A DNA stretch of 20,000 bases from an uncultured virus (IMG/VR IMGVR_UViG_3300014962_000005) (Duplodnaviria > Heunggongvirae > Uroviricota > Caudoviricetes). The stretch lies in IMG/VR virus record IMGVR_UViG_3300014962_000005; one strand, given 5' to 3'. Below the pieces are notes generated by a model. It saw only the letters and a list, made by a program, of their open reading frames with translations, ran no database searches and had not been told where the DNA came from. The translations under genes and the position numbers were made by a program. Below are positions 15,933-20,000 of this stretch, in pieces (position 1 is the first letter of the stretch; each line of letters opens with the position of its first letter).

Positions 15933-16221
15933 GTGATGTGAGTGTGTCAGTCTGTGGTTGTGAATCTTGTGCCTTCTGCGCCTCTGCCACTCGTCGGAGG
16001 AACTCGGTGTGAACGTCCACCAGCCAGACGAGGGCTTTGTTGCGGTCGAGGCCGGGACGGACCCAGCGGGCGGGAGGGCCGAGGAGGTGGCGGGCGCTGC
16101 GCAGAAGCGCCGTCTCTTCGGCTCGGCGGTCGTTCTCGGGAGCAGAGGCGAGGTCGTGGACGAGGCGCAGGGTCTCAGGCTCGCTGGCCCACTTCAGGGC
16201 TTTGTAGAGGGGGATGGGCAT
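15910..16221 (-). CDS. Hypothetical protein (103 aa, MPIPLYKALKW...)
   Basis: 3' part of ORF 15910..16299; ATG just after the upstream stop at 16226. Confidence 0.65.
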   Translation of the reverse strand: MPIPLYKALKWASEPETLRLVHDLASAPENDRRAEETALLRSARHLLGPPARWVRPGLDRNKALVWLVDVHTEFLRRVAEAQKAQDSQPQTDTLTSHDQQLQH

Positions 16222-16225
16222 GGCG

Positions 16226-16501
16226 TTATGTGTTCTCCTCCCATTGGCCGTGGATGCCTGCAACAAACGCTCTGCGATATTCTGGGTGCCACGACCCATA
16301 GGCCCAAAAGCCTACGCACTCTCCGCACTCGCAAAAATATTCCGCTTCGCAGGTAGGACTCATGCCGCAATAGACATCAACAACTCCGATTACCTTTTCC
16401 GTGATCTCGGCCGAGTTGCATTTTGGGCATTTCTTTGGTGCCCCGTCGTCCTCGAAATATTCGGAAACGCTGCTTTCTGGTTGGGGTGTGTCAGGAGCCA
16501 T
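16226..16501 (-). CDS. Zinc-ribbon hypothetical protein (91 aa)
   Basis: CPKC...CECG..GFWAYG; ATG at 16499-16501. Confidence 0.7.
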   Translation of the reverse strand: MAPDTPQPESSVSEYFEDDGAPKKCPKCNSAEITEKVIGVVDVYCGMSPTCEAEYFCECGECVGFWAYGSWHPEYRRAFVAGIHGQWEENT

Positions 16502-16506
16502 AGCTT

Positions 16507-16809
16507 TTAGTCCCCCAGGCCGGCGGCGCGCATCTTGGTGTGGAGCTTCTGGTTCTTCTCGATCCACTCTTTCAAGAGGATGAGCCACGGGTTGAGCATT
16601 TTGGCCTTCTCGCTGTCGCCGTCGTCGATGGCGAGGGTGATCTCGTCTGACAGGTCGGCGGCAATTCGGACGATGCGGTTAAAGCCGAGGTGATAGGCCA
16701 GGTGGATCTGTTGGTCCAGGTCTCGGACGATGCCGTTGCGTGGGTGTGGTGATTCTTCGAATGTGGGCATGGGTGCTGGGATGATGGCTGATGAGGTGAG
16801 AGTAGTCAA
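16507..16809 (-). CDS. Hypothetical protein (up to 100 aa)
   Basis: ORF track; TTG start overlapping the upstream stop, start uncertain. Confidence 0.65.
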   Translation of the reverse strand: MTTLTSSAIIPAPMPTFEESPHPRNGIVRDLDQQIHLAYHLGFNRIVRIAADLSDEITLAIDDGDSEKAKMLNPWLILLKEWIEKNQKLHTKMRAAGLGD

Positions 16810-17156
16810 GGGGCGGGTTTGCGTTTGCGGGGTCGGGCGAGGCGCTTCAGAGGGTGATGGCCTGTGACCTCTCGGGCGGCGAACTTCTTGGCCTCTACCG
16901 CCAGATAGTCCAGAATCTTCTGCGCTGGCCCTGTTGGCACGCGGACGTTGCCGTAGATCCAGTTGACGACGGACGGGTACTTCAGCCCTGTGCCTTCGGC
17001 GATCTCAGTGTTGGAAAGGCCGATTCTGTCGCGCTCCGCTCGCAGAGCGTTGGCGAGGTTGTCGGAGTTCTGGAGGATGGCTGCTTCCAGGTTGTGCACG
17101 TCGTTGTAGAGCTTGCGCTGCTTGTCGAGGAAGTGCTGTGCGGTTTTGAGGCTCAT
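16806..17156 (-). CDS. XRE/Cro-like helix-turn-helix protein (116 aa)
   Basis: LRAERDRIGLSNTEIAEGTGLKYPSVVNWIYG..VP; ATG at 17154-17156 overlaps the upstream TGA. Confidence 0.75.
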   Translation of the reverse strand: MSLKTAQHFLDKQRKLYNDVHNLEAAILQNSDNLANALRAERDRIGLSNTEIAEGTGLKYPSVVNWIYGNVRVPTGPAQKILDYLAVEAKKFAAREVTGHHPLKRLARPRKRKPAP

Positions 17157-17491
17157 AGGATTCCAGCGCGGTGTTTGCTGCGGTCGAGTTCGTCTTGCTC
17201 GGTCCAGTGGTCGCACCGCTGGCACTCGGCTTTGCCCGGACGGACAACTGCTAGTTGACAGTTGGGCTTGTCGCAGAGCTTCCACTCGTTGCCGAAGCCG
17301 TCGTCGATGTAGCGGATGTGATGCTGCCATCCATCGATCAGGTGCCCAAAGTCTCTCGGCTCCGTGCATAGGTCAATACCGCCGCAGATGTCGCAGGGAA
17401 TCACGTTCCACGTTGCCTCGCCGGGCGTTTTGCGCTTGCCGTATCGTTGGCCGCAAGCTTGGCAGATAAATGAGGGGTAGGGTTTGGTCAT
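17153..17491 (-). CDS. Cys-rich probable zinc-binding protein (112 aa)
   Basis: CQACG, CDICG, CTEPRDFG, CDKPNC, CQRC. Confidence 0.75.
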   Translation of the reverse strand: MTKPYPSFICQACGQRYGKRKTPGEATWNVIPCDICGGIDLCTEPRDFGHLIDGWQHHIRYIDDGFGNEWKLCDKPNCQLAVVRPGKAECQRCDHWTEQDELDRSKHRAGIL

Positions 17492-17661
17492 TCTTCAACC
17501 TCCATATACCCGACAACATCGCTGCCGGATTCGTGTTTCAGTTTGCCCCAAGCGACAGCGCAGGCGCGGATCGGGCCGACAATACGGCCGTTGCGGTATT
17601 GCACAGTGACTAGCTTGCTGGGATGCACGGGCATCGGTTGGCCGGGTTGGTGTGGGGTCAT
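17488..17661 (-). CDS. Small hypothetical protein (57 aa)
   Basis: Hand translation MTPHQPGQPMPVHPSKLVTVQYRNG..AVAWG..SDVVGYMEVEE*; ATGA overlaps. Confidence 0.7.
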   Translation of the reverse strand: MTPHQPGQPMPVHPSKLVTVQYRNGRIVGPIRACAVAWGKLKHESGSDVVGYMEVEE

Positions 17662-17747
17662 GGCTCAGATCCTAGTTGAGCTGCAAAAATCAACAGGCAG
17701 AACAAGCAAATGCCAACGATAAATGGCAGAGGTATGTCTTCGATCAT
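17658..17747 (-). CDS. Tiny membrane peptide (29 aa)
   Basis: MIEDIPLPFIVGICLFCLLIFAAQLGSEP*; ATGA overlaps at both ends. Confidence 0.55.
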   Translation of the reverse strand: MIEDIPLPFIVGICLFCLLIFAAQLGSEP

Positions 17748-18067
17748 ACTTCCTCCTCCCATTGACCGTGAACGCGCAGGAATGCTTCGCAGCGTTGCCG
17801 GGCGGTTGCATGAAAGGTGAAACCTTCGGTGATCTCAGCCAAGGCTTTGTCATAAAGCATCCAGTTGTCAATGTCGCCAAGCGTCTTCTCAAACTCATGG
17901 CAAGCGTTGAGGTCGGCGACGTAGTTGGGAACCTTCTTCAAGAGAGGCCCGTCTTGGTTGCACTTGCCGCCCATGTCGCAAGGAGTTAGACAGTGGGTGA
18001 TTCCATCGGAGGCAATAGGGAGTCCAAGAATCTTGGCTACCCGGATGTTGATTTGTTCGTCGCTCAT
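17744..18067 (-). CDS. Phage ABA-sandwich-like hypothetical protein (107 aa)
   Basis: QINIRVAKILG, VPNYVADLNACHE, HATARQRCEAFL; family recalled, not searched. Confidence 0.65.
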   Translation of the reverse strand: MSDEQINIRVAKILGLPIASDGITHCLTPCDMGGKCNQDGPLLKKVPNYVADLNACHEFEKTLGDIDNWMLYDKALAEITEGFTFHATARQRCEAFLRVHGQWEEEV

Positions 18068-18369
18068 TCCAGTTCCTTTCTCAGTTCGTGTTTTGCTTGT
18101 TCGATGTCGCCGGCTTCCAGCAGGTCGAGGATGCGGCGGGCTAGGCTCGGTTGTTCTTCGATGGGGTGCCAGCCGATGATGGATGACGCGCCGCAATCGC
18201 TCCAATCCCAAGATGAGGCTTCTTGCGACACTTCAAGTTCTTGGCGACTGGATTTTGCATCGCACCGCTGAAAAATGCGCACTTCGACATGTGCAGGGCA
18301 CGGCATCGGGTCGCCGGGGGTGTGGGAAATCCAGCCGAGGCCGGCGTGTTGGAATTTGTTGGGGGTCAT
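18064..18369 (-). CDS. Hypothetical protein (101 aa)
   Basis: WISHTPGDPMPC..WDW..IIGW; ATGA overlaps. Confidence 0.75.
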   Translation of the reverse strand: MTPNKFQHAGLGWISHTPGDPMPCPAHVEVRIFQRCDAKSSRQELEVSQEASSWDWSDCGASSIIGWHPIEEQPSLARRILDLLEAGDIEQAKHELRKELE

Positions 18370-18746
18370 GGGGTAGAGGTTTGGAGTTTTTCAGCCGCAT
18401 ACTTGGCGAGTTCTTCCAGTTTAATCAGCTCGGCGTCCATCTGGTGGTTGCTAGCCGAATAGATGACACCCCGAGGATACCGTTTAGACCACTCGGCCAA
18501 CGCCTGCGTGACGGCGGAAGCCTCCCGCAGCCTCGCTTTTTCCTCGCGCACCTGCCGCAGCTCCTCGGCGTTGCGGGCGGCTTCAGCGCGGGCCTCGTTG
18601 CGCTCGCGTTCGAGGTCTTCCGCAACTTCGATCGGCACCCATTCGCCGTCCGCCGCTTTTTCAGCCTCGGCGTCGTAAATTCCGCCTTGGTCAAAGCGAC
18701 AAAAGCAGCGCATTTTGGCTGCATCCGTCTCCGGCGTGTCGCTCAT
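18366..18746 (-). CDS. Coiled-coil hypothetical protein (MSDTPETD...LERERNEAR)
   Basis: ATG at 18744-18746 overlaps the upstream TGA; recurrent phage pattern. Confidence 0.75.
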   Translation of the reverse strand: MSDTPETDAAKMRCFCRFDQGGIYDAEAEKAADGEWVPIEVAEDLERERNEARAEAARNAEELRQVREEKARLREASAVTQALAEWSKRYPRGVIYSASNHQMDAELIKLEELAKYAAEKLQTSTP

Positions 18747-19126
18747 CGCGCACCCCCTTTCCACAGCTTGAATGCGGCGTCCTTGTCCTTGGCGTCGAGC
18801 TTGGACTCGGCGAAGGCTTGCTCAAAGTCGGCGGGGTAGGCTTCGCCGGGCAGGGCAATGTCGATGTAGTGGGTGCATCCAGGCCAATAGCCCTTAGAGG
18901 AATACCAAACGTCATTGCCTTTGCACCAGTAATGACGCACACACCCATCGGGCGCCTCTTCCGGCATCTCCGAGATTGGGCGAAGCTGCGGCTTGCAGGC
19001 GGCAACCACGGCGTCGCGGATGGCGGTGAGGTGGAGCCGGGTGCGTGGATGGAGGCGAGCGTTGATGGTGAAACCTGCGGCCTCGCAGCCAATCCTGTCC
19101 AGTTCTTCGATCGTTGGAATGTTCAT
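18743..19126 (-). CDS. Hypothetical protein (127 aa)
   Basis: ORF track; LRPISEMPE...CTHYIDI, reminiscent of DUF551-like domains. Confidence 0.7.
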   Translation of the reverse strand: MNIPTIEELDRIGCEAAGFTINARLHPRTRLHLTAIRDAVVAACKPQLRPISEMPEEAPDGCVRHYWCKGNDVWYSSKGYWPGCTHYIDIALPGEAYPADFEQAFAESKLDAKDKDAAFKLWKGGAR

Positions 19127-19130
19127 CGTG

Positions 19131-19298
19131 TTATTTGAGTTCGGGGTTGATGTCGAGCGGGGTGTTGATGGGGACGCGCAGGTGGATGGCTGCGTGCTCG
19201 CGGGCGGTGAGGCCGGGCAGTGTAATCTGCGCGCCAGAGCCTTCCATGTGAACTTCAGTTGGGAATGCCGGGTCGTTTTCGTTGGTGTGTGTGCTCAT
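19131..19298 (-). CDS. Small phage protein of the PAFP...GLTxRE type (55 aa)
   Basis: Hand translation MSTHTNENDPAFPTEVHMEGSGAQITLPGLTAREHAAIHLRVP...*. Confidence 0.7.
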   Translation of the reverse strand: MSTHTNENDPAFPTEVHMEGSGAQITLPGLTAREHAAIHLRVPINTPLDINPELK

Positions 19299-19330
19299 GG
19301 TTTTGTGTGTTCCGGTCCATCACCGGCTTT

Positions 19331-19383
19331 TGCATAGCGCCAGCATCCGCCATGGACGCAAGCGGAATTTTCACTTTTTACAG
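19331..19383 (-). promoter_or_regulatory. Possible third promoter with a CTGTAAAA upstream element
   Basis: CTGTAAAAAGTGAAAATTCCGC-TTGCGT then TATGCA at a 19-nt spacing (non-optimal). Confidence 0.35.
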
Positions 19384-19475
19384 GGCGGCAAAAAATCGTC
19401 GCTCAAAATCACCTCCCCAGCCTCAAGGCGGCGGAAGACTTTACCGGGAAACTGCGTGTTGGTGTAGGTTTGCAT
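19371..19475 (-). CDS. Short, possibly truncated hypothetical gene (34 aa)
   Basis: MQTYTNTQFPGKVFRRLEAGEVILSDDFLPPCKK*; ends inside the promoter-like block. Confidence 0.45.
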   Translation of the reverse strand: MQTYTNTQFPGKVFRRLEAGEVILSDDFLPPCKK

Positions 19476-19479
19476 GGTG

Positions 19480-19680
19480 TTAGATGTCGTCTGCGGGCCA
19501 CTCCTCAAGGCCGAGGGCCAAGAAGTTGTGGCGACCTCCGAGGCGGCTGTGAATGCCTCGGACGTTCTCCCGTTGAGTCGCACGTTTTGGGATGAGCGTC
19601 AACCCTTTTTCTCGCGTAATTTTGTCAATTTGTTTGAGGTCGCGGGAGCGGCGTCCGGTGGGGGTGAGGGGAGGGTTCAT
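19480..19680 (-). CDS. Basic hypothetical protein (66 aa, MNPPLTPTGRR...)
   Basis: 3' part of ORF 19480..19917; ATG at 19678-19680. Confidence 0.6.
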   Translation of the reverse strand: MNPPLTPTGRRSRDLKQIDKITREKGLTLIPKRATQRENVRGIHSRLGGRHNFLALGLEEWPADDI

Positions 19681-19821
19681 GCGTAGAGNNNNNNNNNNTG
19701 CGTAGAGAAGGCAGAGGCCGACAGTGAGGCTGATGATTCCCGGAATAGCGTCGTCGGCCCCTGGGCGGGTCAGATGAGCGATGCCAAGGCCAATGAAGAG
19801 GGCGGAGAAGAGGAAGTTCAT
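19677..19821 (-). CDS. Small two-helix membrane protein (41 aa once the N gap is collapsed)
   Basis: MNFLFSALFIGLGIAHL..GIISLTVGLCLLYA*; tgcgtagag is duplicated around the N run. Confidence 0.6.
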
Positions 19822-19976
19822 GCGAGCTGTTTCTGTCGGCGTTTGCGGTCGTAGTGAAGACGCTTCTGGGCACAGAGAACACAGACGCGCTTCTCGGGAT
19901 GGCGGGTGCGGGGGCACTTGGCGCAGAGCCCAAGCTCGTAGCGGTGCTGAGCATAGCGCCGGTGATAGGTCTTCAT
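19818..19976 (-). CDS. Small basic zinc-finger protein (52 aa)
   Basis: Hand translation MKTYHRRYAQHRYELGLCAKCPRTRHPEKRVCVLCAQKRLHYDRKRRQKQLA*; two CxxC pairs; ATGA overlap. Confidence 0.7.
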   Translation of the reverse strand: MKTYHRRYAQHRYELGLCAKCPRTRHPEKRVCVLCAQKRLHYDRKRRQKQLA

Positions 19977-20000
19977 GTCCTCGGTCGCGTTGGGGGTCGC

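Noticed and set aside
19689..19698. N run with a flanking 9-nt repeat, and the fused 145-aa ORF 19480..19917
   Set aside because: tgcgtagag on both sides indicates a contig overlap; collapsing it gives two separate ATGA-coupled genes

Overview
This window is the early/replication arm of a tailed dsDNA phage or prophage. About 45 genes lie on the minus strand, most chained by ATGA/GTGA stop-start overlaps. Reading in the direction of transcription (right to left), many tiny hypothetical genes and an XRE-like HTH gene come first, then a PAPS-reductase-family gene and a primase/PriCT-2/SF3-helicase. These are followed by the APSE-type replication block: acidic Ala-rich protein, DUF2800 Cas4-like nuclease, DUF2815 SSB, family A DNA polymerase, VRR-NUC and SNF2 helicase. 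A low-GC cassette (promoter, small basic KGG-type gene, HNH-type endonuclease) sits directly upstream of polA. DUF4406 and DUF1599/Nmad1-like genes sit between VRR-NUC and the helicase. The most notable non-coding signals are: an 86-nt intergenic element (9773-9858) that folds by eye into a multi-stem pseudoknot upstream of the DUF2800-DUF2815 genes; two sigma70-type promoters sharing an exact 19-nt block; a 23-nt direct repeat flanking a low-GC inserted gene; and A/C-rich, SD-less leaders. The polymerase has a lower-GC 3' half with several non-canonical motif residues. All family assignments come from motif recognition by eye; no searches were run.
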